A stretch of 64,000 bases of DNA, taken from Abditibacteriaceae bacterium (GTDB taxonomy: Bacteria > Armatimonadota > Abditibacteriia > Abditibacteriales > Abditibacteriaceae). The notes under the pieces were generated by a model. The model worked only from the letters and a program-made list of their open reading frames with translations. It was not told the origin of the DNA and searched no databases. The stretch covers positions 2,752,001 to 2,816,000 of the forward strand of contig OZ255721.1 of the NCBI GenBank assembly GCA_965277285.1, read 5' to 3'. Shown in pieces: positions 50,008-59,080 of the stretch. Position 1 is the stretch's first letter; each line of letters opens with the position of its first letter. Both the position numbers and the translations under genes were made by a program.

Positions 50008-52878
50008 CTAAGCCTTCATCTCCTGCAATCGAGTACTCGATTTCGCAATCGCCGCCACGATTTCCACGCGCTTGGCTGTTTCTTTTTCGACAACCGCCGC
50101 CGCCGCTTTCTCCATAAACTGCGGATTATTCAGCTTCTTCTCGACAATCGCCAAATCTTTCTGCAACGATTCCAGTTCTTTTTGCAAGCGCGCCGTTTCG
50201 CGTTCTTTATCAACCAAACCTTCCAGCGGCAACCATATTTCAACATCCGCAAGCGACGACGAAACCGCGTTTTGCGGACGCGGCGCGTCGGACTTTTCAA
50301 TTGAAACTTCGCTCAAGTTCGCCAGTTGCAAGATGTAATTGCGCCCACTTTCGAGTACTCGAAACGCTTCATCGTTGGCCGCGAAAAGCTGCATTTTTAA
50401 CTTTTGCGATGGCGGCAACTTCGCTTCGGCGCGCAAGTTTCGCGCACTGCGAATGGTTTCTTGAATGAAAGCGAAATCTTGTTCCGACTTCTCATCGTGG
50501 AAGCCCTGAAAATCGCTTTTCGACTTATGATACGGCCAAGTGGCGATGCAAAGTGAAGGAGATTCCTTGCCGCTGCTGAACTTCGTCATTCCATTGTCAC
50601 TGAAAACTTTTTTGTCGCCTTCAAGAGTTTCGTCAAACCCCATGAGCATTCTATATTTAGGCAGCTTTTGCCAGATTTCTTCGGATAAGAACGGCATGAA
50701 TGGATGCAACAAGCGCATCGCATATTCGAGGACAAAAATCAAAAGTCCGATTTGATGCGTGTTGCCATCGCGCATTTTTGGCTTGGAAAGCTCGACAAAC
50801 CAATCGCAGAAATCGCCCCAGATAAAGCTGTAAAGTGAACTTGTCGCGGTTTCAAACTCGTAGTTTTTCAGCGCGTGAGTCACTTCTTCGACGGTGCGAT
50901 TCAAGCGCGACAAAATCCAGCGCCCCGCTAAATCGAAGTCCGCGTAATCAGTTTCCTCTGGTAAAGTTCCCGCATTCAAGACAAAGCGCGCGGCGTTCCA
51001 AATCTTGTTGGCGAAGTTGCGCGCGTTTTGCATCTGCGGATAACGATCCGTCGGGCGTTCGTTCCATTCCAAGGGCAACGCCGCACCGCGATGTTCTTTC
51101 ATCCAACGTCGCACAAAATCTTCACCCAGATTCTTTTCCGCTTCATCAAGGAAACGCACGTCTTGCGCGCCAGTCGCCAGTTGCAGCAAGCCGAAACGCG
51201 TCGCATCAGTGCCGTAAATCTCGATTAAGTTCATCGGATCAATCGCTGTTCCCGAACTTTTGCTCATGCGCAAGCCGAAGCAATCTTGCACCGTCGGATG
51301 AACGAAAACCTGCTGAAAAGGAATCTCATCATCGACAAAATGCAGGCTCATCAAAATCATGCGCGAAACCCACAAATTGAGAATATCGCGGCCTGTAATT
51401 AAGACGCTTGTCGGATAAAACTGCGTTTCCAAGTTATCCGGCCAGCCCAAAACCGCGAACGGCCACAAGGCGCTGGAAAACCAGGTATCCAAAACGTCTT
51501 CGTCTTGCGTCCAGCCTTCGCGCACGATTGGTTCAACCGAAACTTCGATTTCGCCGTGTGGCCCGTAATAAACCGGAATGCGATGTCCCCACCAAAGCTG
51601 ACGCGAAATGCACCAGTCGCGGATGTTGTCCATCCAATCCAAGCTCGTATTGGCAAAACGTTCCGGTACATAACCAACGCGGTTCATGCGAATTGCATCG
51701 GCGACAGGACGCGCCAGTTCTTTCATGCGCACAAACCATTGTTCGGATAAAAGCGGTTCGATGACGCTGCCAGTGCGCGCGCAATGACCGACTTTGTGCG
51801 TATAATCCTCGATTTTCTCGACCAAACCCAACGCTTGCAGATCGTTCACGACTTTGATTCTGGCGTCTTCGCGCGTCAGTTTCGAGTACTCGATTCCCGC
51901 TGCGTCCGTCATTTTCGCATCGAAACCGATGACGGAAATCATTTCCAAACTGTGACGCTGGCCGATTTCGTAATCGTTCGGATCGTGCGCTGGCGTGATT
52001 TTCACCGCTCCGCTGCCGAATTCTTTATCAACATATTCATCGGCGACAATTGGAATCGTGCGTGATGTCAAAGGCAGACGAACGCGCTTTCCGACGAGAT
52101 GCCGATAAAGTTCGTCGTCGGGATGAACGGCGACAGCGGTATCGCCCAGCATGGTTTCGGGGCGCGTGGTGGCAACAACGATGTATTCACTGGTATCTTC
52201 GACCGGATAGCGAAAATGCCACAATTTGCCGTTGACTTCCTGGAAATCGACTTCCAGGTCGGAAACGTTGGTTTGCGCGCCCGGCGACCAGTTGACCAAA
52301 CGAAATCCGCGATAAATCAGGCCTTCGTCGTACCACGTCTTGAAAACCTGCAAAACGGCTTTGACGTAGCCTTCGTCCATCGTAAAACGTTCGCGCGACC
52401 AATCGTAAGAGCAGCCCAAACGCTTCATCTGATTGATGATGGTCGAGCCATATTTGTCCTTCCATTCATAAGCGCGGCGCACAAATTCGTCGCGCCCGAG
52501 TTCCTGACGCGTGGTGCCTTCGTGCGCGAGTTGCTGCTCGACTTTGATTTGCGTGCTGATTCCGGCGTGATCGGTTCCGGGAACGCACAGCGTGGTTTGC
52601 TCGCGCATTCGGTGAAAGCGCAGGAGACAATCGTGCATCGAATGTTGCAGCGCATGACCCAGATGCAAAACGCCTGTCACATTGGGCGGCGGAATCGTGA
52701 CGACAAAGGGTGCTTCGTCGTTATTCGATGGCTGCGGCTGAAAATAGCCGTGCTCTTGCCAGAACTCGTACCAATGCGCTTCAAGGGCGTGCGGCTCGAA
52801 CGACGAAGAAAGCGCGTTCTCTGATGAGTTGAAAATTGGAATTTGCGTGGAAGTTGTTTGATTGGAAGGTTGCGTCAT
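50008..52878 (-). CDS. valS: valine--tRNA ligase
   Basis: PPPNVTGVLHLGH, DWCISRQLWWGH, MSKS, C-terminal coiled coil. Confidence 0.98.
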   Translation of the reverse strand: MTQPSNQTTSTQIPIFNSSENALSSSFEPHALEAHWYEFWQEHGYFQPQPSNNDEAPFVVTIPPPNVTGVLHLGHALQHSMHDCLLRFHRMREQTTLCVPGTDHAGISTQIKVEQQLAHEGTTRQELGRDEFVRRAYEWKDKYGSTIINQMKRLGCSYDWSRERFTMDEGYVKAVLQVFKTWYDEGLIYRGFRLVNWSPGAQTNVSDLEVDFQEVNGKLWHFRYPVEDTSEYIVVATTRPETMLGDTAVAVHPDDELYRHLVGKRVRLPLTSRTIPIVADEYVDKEFGSGAVKITPAHDPNDYEIGQRHSLEMISVIGFDAKMTDAAGIEYSKLTREDARIKVVNDLQALGLVEKIEDYTHKVGHCARTGSVIEPLLSEQWFVRMKELARPVADAIRMNRVGYVPERFANTSLDWMDNIRDWCISRQLWWGHRIPVYYGPHGEIEVSVEPIVREGWTQDEDVLDTWFSSALWPFAVLGWPDNLETQFYPTSVLITGRDILNLWVSRMILMSLHFVDDEIPFQQVFVHPTVQDCFGLRMSKSSGTAIDPMNLIEIYGTDATRFGLLQLATGAQDVRFLDEAEKNLGEDFVRRWMKEHRGAALPLEWNERPTDRYPQMQNARNFANKIWNAARFVLNAGTLPEETDYADFDLAGRWILSRLNRTVEEVTHALKNYEFETATSSLYSFIWGDFCDWFVELSKPKMRDGNTHQIGLLIFVLEYAMRLLHPFMPFLSEEIWQKLPKYRMLMGFDETLEGDKKVFSDNGMTKFSSGKESPSLCIATWPYHKSKSDFQGFHDEKSEQDFAFIQETIRSARNLRAEAKLPPSQKLKMQLFAANDEAFRVLESGRNYILQLANLSEVSIEKSDAPRPQNAVSSSLADVEIWLPLEGLVDKERETARLQKELESLQKDLAIVEKKLNNPQFMEKAAAAVVEKETAKRVEIVAAIAKSSTRLQEMKA

Positions 52879-52946
52879 AGCGCGGGAAGTTTAACGTTCA
52901 ACTAAATGTGGCACAACAAAACGGATAAGGGATGCGTATTAAAGAG

Positions 52947-53090
52947 GACACGGAACTTCGTTACATCCGCCCAGAGGGCACCCGAAACGGATAAACACGG
53001 ATTTTGATAGATGAAGGTATCGAGTATTCATTCTTCTTTTTCTGATCCGTGTTCATCCGTTCAATCCGTGTATGAAATCCGTGTTCTCTA
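52947..53090. repeat. ACACGGAT/ATCCGTGT-type imperfect palindromic repeat
   Basis: GGACACGGAA and AACGGATAAACACGGAT ... ATCCGTGTTCATCCGTTCAATCCGTGT...ATCCGTGTTC. Confidence 0.6.
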
Positions 53091-53388
53091 ATCGAGTACT
53101 CGATGTTGTCATGGCGGAACTTGAAGGCGCTGGATTCCGTCCCAGATTGTGAGATTCGACAAAACCCTGAGATTGTGGCATAATGCCCGTTCGTGCCTCA
53201 GAGAAGCGCGTTTCGCCGGACAGGTGGCGAAACCTTTTTTGTGCCCCAAAATTGCACCGGAAAACGCGACGTTTCGACAGCGCTGTATTATTCGATAGCG
53301 ACGTATCAGACGAACTACACGACGTTTTCCAATGCCACATTCCTGCGCCGCTTCCTGAGAGATGGCGTGATCTCGATGAGGAGATTCA

Positions 53389-54285
53389 ATGACGAAGAAC
53401 TTTCAAAATACACAAAACTCGCGCGGCGTGGAAACCACCAGCGCCGCTTTGCCCGATGCCGTCGCCGCGTGGGTCAAGATGGCGCAGAAAACGCCGCTGC
53501 TCACCGCCAATGAAGAAAAAGAATTGGGTCGTCGCATCGCGCAGGGCGATGAAGAAGCTTACCAGCGCATGGTCGAAGCCAACCTGCGCCTGGTCATCAC
53601 GATGGCGTTGAAGCAATTGCATCAAGGCCACAACCATTCGCTGACTTTGGCCGATCTGATTCAGGAAGGCAACTTCGGCTTGATGCGCGCCGCCCGCAAG
53701 TTCGATCCCGCTCTGGGTTATCGTTTCTCGACCTATGCTTCGTTCTGGATTCGCCAGGCGATGAGCCGCGCCATAGCTGACCAAGCCAAGATGGTGCGTG
53801 TTCCCGCTCACATCGCCGAACTGACAAAAACAGCTTACCGCACGATTGCGCTGTTGGTGCAGGCTTTGGGTCGCCAGCCAAACGTGGACGAACTGGCCGC
53901 CAAGCTGGGCGTGTCGAAAGATACGGCTGCCTTGGTCTTGCTCAACATGAGCGAAACTTTCAGTTTGGACGATGAAATCGGCGAAACCGGCGATGGCGAA
54001 GATTTCGTCGATATGTTGCGCGACGCGGACGCCGTTGTTCCCGAAGAAGCGGCGGAAACCGCGATGTTGCGCGAAGAAGTGCGCGATGCCTTGGACGAAC
54101 TTTCCGAACGCGAGCAGGAAGTCGTCAAGTTGCGCTACGGATTGCATGGCGGCAAAGCGCACACCTTGCAGGAATTGGGCGCGCACTTCAAAGTCAGCCG
54201 CGAACGCGTGCGACAAATCGAAGGTCAAGCATTGCGCAAACTCCGTAAAGGCGGCCTCGCGCAAGCCGTTCGCAACAATCCGTAA
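53389..54285 (+). CDS. RpoD/RpoS-family sigma-70 factor lacking region 1.1 (group-2-like)
   Basis: PLLTANEE, ANLRLV, DLIQEGNFGL, FSTYASFWIRQ, RERVRQIE; GAGGAG SD. Confidence 0.93.
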   Translation: MTKNFQNTQNSRGVETTSAALPDAVAAWVKMAQKTPLLTANEEKELGRRIAQGDEEAYQRMVEANLRLVITMALKQLHQGHNHSLTLADLIQEGNFGLMRAARKFDPALGYRFSTYASFWIRQAMSRAIADQAKMVRVPAHIAELTKTAYRTIALLVQALGRQPNVDELAAKLGVSKDTAALVLLNMSETFSLDDEIGETGDGEDFVDMLRDADAVVPEEAAETAMLREEVRDALDELSEREQEVVKLRYGLHGGKAHTLQELGAHFKVSRERVRQIEGQALRKLRKGGLAQAVRNNP

Positions 54286-54309
54286 GGCCATCCGAGTACT
54301 CGATTTCCC

Positions 54310-54340
54310 AAGCGAACCAGAAATTTTCTGGTTCGCTTTT
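54310..54340 (+). terminator. intrinsic terminator
   Basis: AAGCGAACCAGAAATTTTCTGGTTCGCTTTT. Confidence 0.75.
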
Positions 54341-54456
54341 CTTTTGATAATATCAAGATGGCAAAATTGATGCACGATGAAAGAGCAGTCGCCACCAGCT
54401 ATGAAACTGCGCTGGCGCGAGGGCTGTCGCGCTCACATTTTTGAAGGAGTTTAAAT

Positions 54457-54624
54457 ATGATCCATCGGTTTTTAATGGAAGAAGAAGGGCAGACTTTGGT
54501 TGAATATGGTTTGCTGGTTTCGCTGATCGCTCTGGTTGTTATCGCGGTTTTGAGTTTTCTGGGCAAGAGAGTGCAAACGGTTTTCAACGTCGCCAACAAT
54601 GCTTTGAAGACAGCGACTTCGTAA
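54457..54624 (+). CDS. flp: Flp/Fap family type IVc pilin (55 aa)
   Basis: Manual translation MIHRFLMEEEG|QTLVEYGLLVSLIALVVIAVLSFLG...; AAGGAG SD; below the ORF-track size cutoff. Confidence 0.92.
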   Translation: MIHRFLMEEEGQTLVEYGLLVSLIALVVIAVLSFLGKRVQTVFNVANNALKTATS

Positions 54625-54632
54625 AGCGTAAT

Positions 54633-54670
54633 AAAAAAGCCCGCTTCCATGCAACAGAAGCGGGCTTTTT
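54633..54670. terminator. bidirectional intrinsic terminator
   Basis: AAAAAAGCCCGCTTC-loop-GAAGCGGGCTTTTT between flp and arc. Confidence 0.85.
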
Positions 54671-54692
54671 CGTTCCTTGAGTACTCGATTGC

Positions 54693-56498
54693 CTAAATCA
54701 CGCTGCGACGACTTTGCAGCTTTTCTCGTGCGCCGCGCACAATCGGCTTGATGGTAACGACATTTTCCGGCTCGTAATCCAGCAACTTGAGCCAATCTTC
54801 GATGATGTCGTTCTTGGGGAAAATCTCGTTTTCCTTGAACTCCATATTGATGGCGCGTTCTATGTCGTCTTTGGAAACGCCTTCGTTGGACGACTTCACA
54901 TCAATTGAACGCTTGATAGCGAAATCTTTGGCGCGCTCGACGACACTGGTAATCAAAGCGCCGCTGAGCAAGTCTTTGTAATACAAGGTCTCGACGCCGC
55001 CGCTGCGCGTGTAAACCTCGATGAACTCGGTTTCGGGCGATTTGCGAAAAACGTGTGTGACCGCCGCATCAACTAACGCCTGACGCGCTTGTTCGTTGTC
55101 ATTCGAGTACTCGTTCAGCAAATCGGGCGACAATGGCAAATCTTTGTGCAGGTAAATCTCGAAGATCTGTCGCGTCGCGTGACGGTCGGGACGGCGAATC
55201 TTCACTTTGCGGTCGATGCGCTCGGGTCGCAAAATCGCCGGATCAATGTAATCGGGACGGTTGCTCGTCAAAATCACGACGACGTTTTCCAGGCTGACCA
55301 AACCATCCATTTCCGCCGCGAACTGTGGCACAACGGTGTTTTGAATGTTCAGGCCGCGCCCTGAAGAACGCGTGCGCAAAATGCTTTCGGCTTCGTCGAT
55401 GAAGATGAAAACCAGGTTGCCTTCTTTGGATTTTTCGCGCGCTGTCTGAAAGATTTCACGAATCTGACGCTCGGTTTCGCCCAGCCACATATTGAGAATC
55501 TTCGGCCCGTTGATGAGCATGAAGTATTCTTTGAGGTTCTGTCCCGTGCGCTGATTGTACTCGCGCGTCAAGTTGTAAGCTGTCGCTTTGCCGATGAGGG
55601 TTTTGCCGCAACCTGGCGGGCCATAAAGCAAAATGCCCTTCAGCGGTTTTTTGCCGAAACGCTCGAATAATTCGGGATAAAGCAGCGGCAATTCGATGGT
55701 GTCGCGGATCAGTTGAATCGCTTCTTCTTGCCCGCCGATCTTTTCCCATGGCAATTCCGGCACTTCCTCCAAGAAATAATCGCGCGTTTCGTTACCCGCA
55801 AAATGCTCCAGTGCGACTTTGAAGTTCGGCTCCATGCGCACTTCGTCGCCAGTTTTCAGTTCGACACCAAGCAATTTGCTGCCGCGAAAAATGACGCGCC
55901 CGCCTTGTCCCGGCGTATCGGCGCCGACGCGCAAACGTTCCTCATCCAAAACGTCGCTGATTTTGGTGATCGGGCCGTTGGTCGCTGGCCCCAAATCGCC
56001 GACAATCGCGTACGCTTCATTGACTTTGACGCGCGTGCCGATTTCAAATTCTTTCTGTTCCAATTTCGGGTCGATCATCACAACGAACTCTTGATCGCCG
56101 ACCGCGATGCTGGCGGTTTCAATGATGGTGTCGCCGTTTTCGTCTTTGACTTTTTCTTCGCGCTTGCCCAGAAAAACGCCGATGCGGTTGGCTGGCTGTG
56201 TCAGCTTTTGATAAGCCTCTTCAAATTCGCCCAAAGCCTGCGCTGCTTCTTCCAATTGCTGCGCATCGACTTCGAGTTGGTGGCGCAACAACAGCAGGTA
56301 TTGCCGCGTGCGGCTGTCGATGTTGGTGGCGTTGTTTAGGATTTCGTCCAGCAGCGCCGTCGCTTTGAGACGCGTTTCGGGAAGTTGAAAACCAATGTCG
56401 TCGCGGTTGTCGCGGCGTCCGCCTTGCGTCAAATCGCCCAGGCGTTCGTTGTCGTTGAAATCGTAATCGTCGCGGTCACGTCCGTTCTTTTTAGCCAT
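54693..56498 (-). CDS. arc: proteasome-associated AAA ATPase (Arc/Mpa-like)
   Basis: N-terminal coiled coil plus OB region, LEEVP, GILLYGPPGCGKTLI, GETERQIREIF, IDPAILRP, IKRS. Confidence 0.85.
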   Translation of the reverse strand: MAKKNGRDRDDYDFNDNERLGDLTQGGRRDNRDDIGFQLPETRLKATALLDEILNNATNIDSRTRQYLLLLRHQLEVDAQQLEEAAQALGEFEEAYQKLTQPANRIGVFLGKREEKVKDENGDTIIETASIAVGDQEFVVMIDPKLEQKEFEIGTRVKVNEAYAIVGDLGPATNGPITKISDVLDEERLRVGADTPGQGGRVIFRGSKLLGVELKTGDEVRMEPNFKVALEHFAGNETRDYFLEEVPELPWEKIGGQEEAIQLIRDTIELPLLYPELFERFGKKPLKGILLYGPPGCGKTLIGKATAYNLTREYNQRTGQNLKEYFMLINGPKILNMWLGETERQIREIFQTAREKSKEGNLVFIFIDEAESILRTRSSGRGLNIQNTVVPQFAAEMDGLVSLENVVVILTSNRPDYIDPAILRPERIDRKVKIRRPDRHATRQIFEIYLHKDLPLSPDLLNEYSNDNEQARQALVDAAVTHVFRKSPETEFIEVYTRSGGVETLYYKDLLSGALITSVVERAKDFAIKRSIDVKSSNEGVSKDDIERAINMEFKENEIFPKNDIIEDWLKLLDYEPENVVTIKPIVRGAREKLQSRRSVI

Positions 56499-56638
56499 GA
56501 TTGAGTACTCGTTGAAGGGAAAAATCGAACAACGCGCACCAAGACTAACGGCGCACCAAATGGGTTCCGTTTGCGCGCATCGAGTACTCGATACTCGTTT
56601 TAAGCAGCCAGCATCAAGGTGAAATTGATTCGCCATTC

Positions 56639-57220
56639 TCAAGCGTTCAGCCAGGCTCGCTCTTCTGCGTAAAAGGATTGGACTTGCTCGGGTTGATCGT
56701 CGCCCAGCAAATCGTTGCGCACGGAGTAACCACGCAAGCTGAGGGAAGCCGCGATCAGCGCGTAGGAAGCGCGATAGGACGTCACCGACTGAGGATCGAA
56801 GGTCAGCGTCTGGCCTGGAATTGCTGCAGTCAGGGTATCGCGCTCGTAAATTGCGTTAAGCGAATGAATTTTCCACTGACCGTCGCGGCGCTCCAGGCGG
56901 TAGTTCAAGCGCGTGTAAGAAATCAGGTCGGCGGGGATGCCTTGCCAATCGATGCGGAATTCGACGCCAGTTGAGATCTCGACCAAGGCGCGGTCACCGT
57001 TCACATCAATGACCGGCGGCCCCAAGCGATGAACGGCGCGGTCGCCACGCTCGGACATCGCTGCGGAGCGCGACACGAAATCCGGGCCGCTTCCCGAAAA
57101 CCAACTCAGCGCCACCGTGGAATCGGGCCAAAAACAATCGTTCATTTGCGACCACCAGCCGCGATCCCGACCCTGGCGCTCGTGCAACACGACCTGACTG
57201 ATGCTGTTGATGTCATCCAT
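56639..57220 (-). CDS. SnoaL/NTF2-like protein
   Basis: ERQGRDRGWW, SWFSGSG, HRLGP, VNGDRA. Confidence 0.8.
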   Translation of the reverse strand: MDDINSISQVVLHERQGRDRGWWSQMNDCFWPDSTVALSWFSGSGPDFVSRSAAMSERGDRAVHRLGPPVIDVNGDRALVEISTGVEFRIDWQGIPADLISYTRLNYRLERRDGQWKIHSLNAIYERDTLTAAIPGQTLTFDPQSVTSYRASYALIAASLSLRGYSVRNDLLGDDQPEQVQSFYAEERAWLNA

Positions 57221-57253
57221 AATTCACCTTTCCAGTACTCGATGCGGGTTTGG

Positions 57254-57466
57254 TAACCAGTGGTGCAGGTTTGCTGAAGCCCACCACTGAAATCCACCAC
57301 TGAAATCCACCACTGAAGCAGTGGCTGATGAAAAAAGCCCCAGGAATGGGACTGAACAGGAGGCGTAATGTTACGCAGGAGGCCGATTTAACGGTCTTGC
57401 CAATGTCAGCCCGTTCATTCATGGGCGGGTGTCGTCCCTTTGAACCTAAACCCGCACCACTGGTTA
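57254..57466. mobile_element. putative MITE (213 bp)
   Basis: 19-bp terminal inverted repeats TAACCAGTGGTGCAGGTTT / AAACCCGCACCACTGGTTA with one mismatch; internal CCACCACTGAAAT x~3. Confidence 0.55.
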
Positions 57467-57497
57467 ATAGCGTCTTGGAAGTCAAGCGCGGTAGGAA

Positions 57498-57541
57498 ACA
57501 CGATGCTGCAACATCGAGTACTCGATGTTGCAGCATCGTGT
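57498..57541. repeat. 44-bp perfect palindrome centred on TCGAGTACTCGA
   Basis: ACACGATGCTGCAACATCGAGT|ACTCGATGTTGCAGCATCGTGT, preceded by GTAGGA. Confidence 0.9.
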
Positions 57542-57579
57542 CCTTTATCTTCTTTAAACGCATTCTGCGAGCTGAAACT

Positions 57580-58410
57580 TCATTGTGGCGCTTGTGCTCC
57601 CAGCTTGTTCGTCAGAATTGCCGCGAGTTCTGGCGCGAACTCGGTGCTCGCTGAGACATAGCCGACGTGTCCGCCAGGAACGTCCACCATTTCAAGACCC
57701 AGTTTTTCGGCTAAGGCGCGCGCCGTGCGGTTGGCCATATCGCCTGCGGAGGCGCGCCCGCCCAGTACGACGAGTTTGTCAGCGTGAGTAGCTAAAGTGT
57801 CCAAGTCGAGATCGGCAATTGGATATTCGCGGCATTCGCGTTCAAACCAGTAGGTCGCGTTCGCCATGGTGAACGGCCCACGTCGTGCGTCGGGCGCAAC
57901 GCTCATCGCGGCGCGGTCGGCGGCTCCAATGATTTTCTCGCTGAAGACCTGACGCGCGGCGATAATGCCCGAAGTGCGGTAGATGTCGTAGATAACGTTC
58001 ATTCCGCTGACGCGTTGTTCGCCGTCGGGAAGCATTTTGACAACTGGAGGTTCGTGGGCTAAAAGTAAGCGAACCGCATCGGGATGGCGCACCAAAACCT
58101 GAAGCGCCACAATCGCGCCGGAACTGCTGCCGAAAACAATCGCGGGTTCGGTACTGAGGTGAGCGATCAGCCGCTGCACATCGTCTGCATCAGTTTGCAA
58201 ACGGTGCGCGTAATCTTGCGCATCGGTCAGAAAGCTTTCAGAAAAGCCGCGACGATCATAGGTCAGCACGGTGTATTTATCGGCGAGCGCGTGCGCCAGA
58301 TTTTGATAAATGCCGTGTTCGCCATTCGCGCCGGGAATCAAGACCAGCAACGGGCCGCTGCCGACGACTTGATAATTGAGAGTTGCGCCTGGAACGTCCA
58401 AGACACTCAT
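57580..58410 (-). CDS. alpha/beta hydrolase
   Basis: YDRRGFS, GSSSGA nucleophile elbow, HEPP, PGGHVG; AAGGAG SD. Confidence 0.9.
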   Translation of the reverse strand: MSVLDVPGATLNYQVVGSGPLLVLIPGANGEHGIYQNLAHALADKYTVLTYDRRGFSESFLTDAQDYAHRLQTDADDVQRLIAHLSTEPAIVFGSSSGAIVALQVLVRHPDAVRLLLAHEPPVVKMLPDGEQRVSGMNVIYDIYRTSGIIAARQVFSEKIIGAADRAAMSVAPDARRGPFTMANATYWFERECREYPIADLDLDTLATHADKLVVLGGRASAGDMANRTARALAEKLGLEMVDVPGGHVGYVSASTEFAPELAAILTNKLGAQAPQ

Positions 58411-58481
58411 AACTTGCTCCTTTAGAAAGTGCGAAAATAGAAAGTGCGAAAACGCTTTTTGCGAGCGCGTTTCCGCTAACT

Positions 58482-58997
58482 TTAATAGCTTTGCCAGCTT
58501 TCCGGCAAAGCTTTCATCAAAGCCGCACAGTGAACGTTGAAGGGCAGCAGGTTCGTCCCCGAAAGTTTGTCGCTCAGCGTTTTGAAGTCGGGACGCAACG
58601 CGATTTCCTCGTATTGCGCCAGCAGAATTTGCGCGTCAAAAACCAACATGCCGCGGATGCCCAAGCGACGATGCAGAACGTAAATCGCTGATAACATCGT
58701 TGGCAGCATGATCGGCTGCATATCGTCCTGACCGCCATAAACCGTGACATCCAATTCATATTTGTAGCGGCTGAACGGAATTGCGCCGTCTTGCGTGGGC
58801 GCGCCAAAAGGATCGTATTGGGGATTGAACGTGTTAAGACTTAAATCCAGTGAAACGCTGTTGAAAAACGCCGAATAAGCCGTTTCCGGCGCGCCGATGG
58901 TCGGTTCGAGATGGCAGCCAATCCATTGATTGCAATCGGCCACCAACTCCGGCAAATCTTTTTCCGCATTGAAATAATAACCAAGTGAAACGCTCAT
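58482..58997 (-). CDS. hypothetical protein
   Basis: ORF fills the gap co-directionally; no family recognised; start uncertain. Confidence 0.6.
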   Translation of the reverse strand: MSVSLGYYFNAEKDLPELVADCNQWIGCHLEPTIGAPETAYSAFFNSVSLDLSLNTFNPQYDPFGAPTQDGAIPFSRYKYELDVTVYGGQDDMQPIMLPTMLSAIYVLHRRLGIRGMLVFDAQILLAQYEEIALRPDFKTLSDKLSGTNLLPFNVHCAALMKALPESWQSY

Positions 58998-59080
58998 AAA
59001 AGAATCCGAAAACGACAAGTTGATTCATTTCAGCAATTACGCCACGATTCGAGTACTCGATGTTCGTTTATCACATTTTG

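Noticed and set aside
57213..57654. ORFs sharing MLQHRVLDVAASC on both strands
   Set aside because: An artefact of the 44-bp perfect palindrome.
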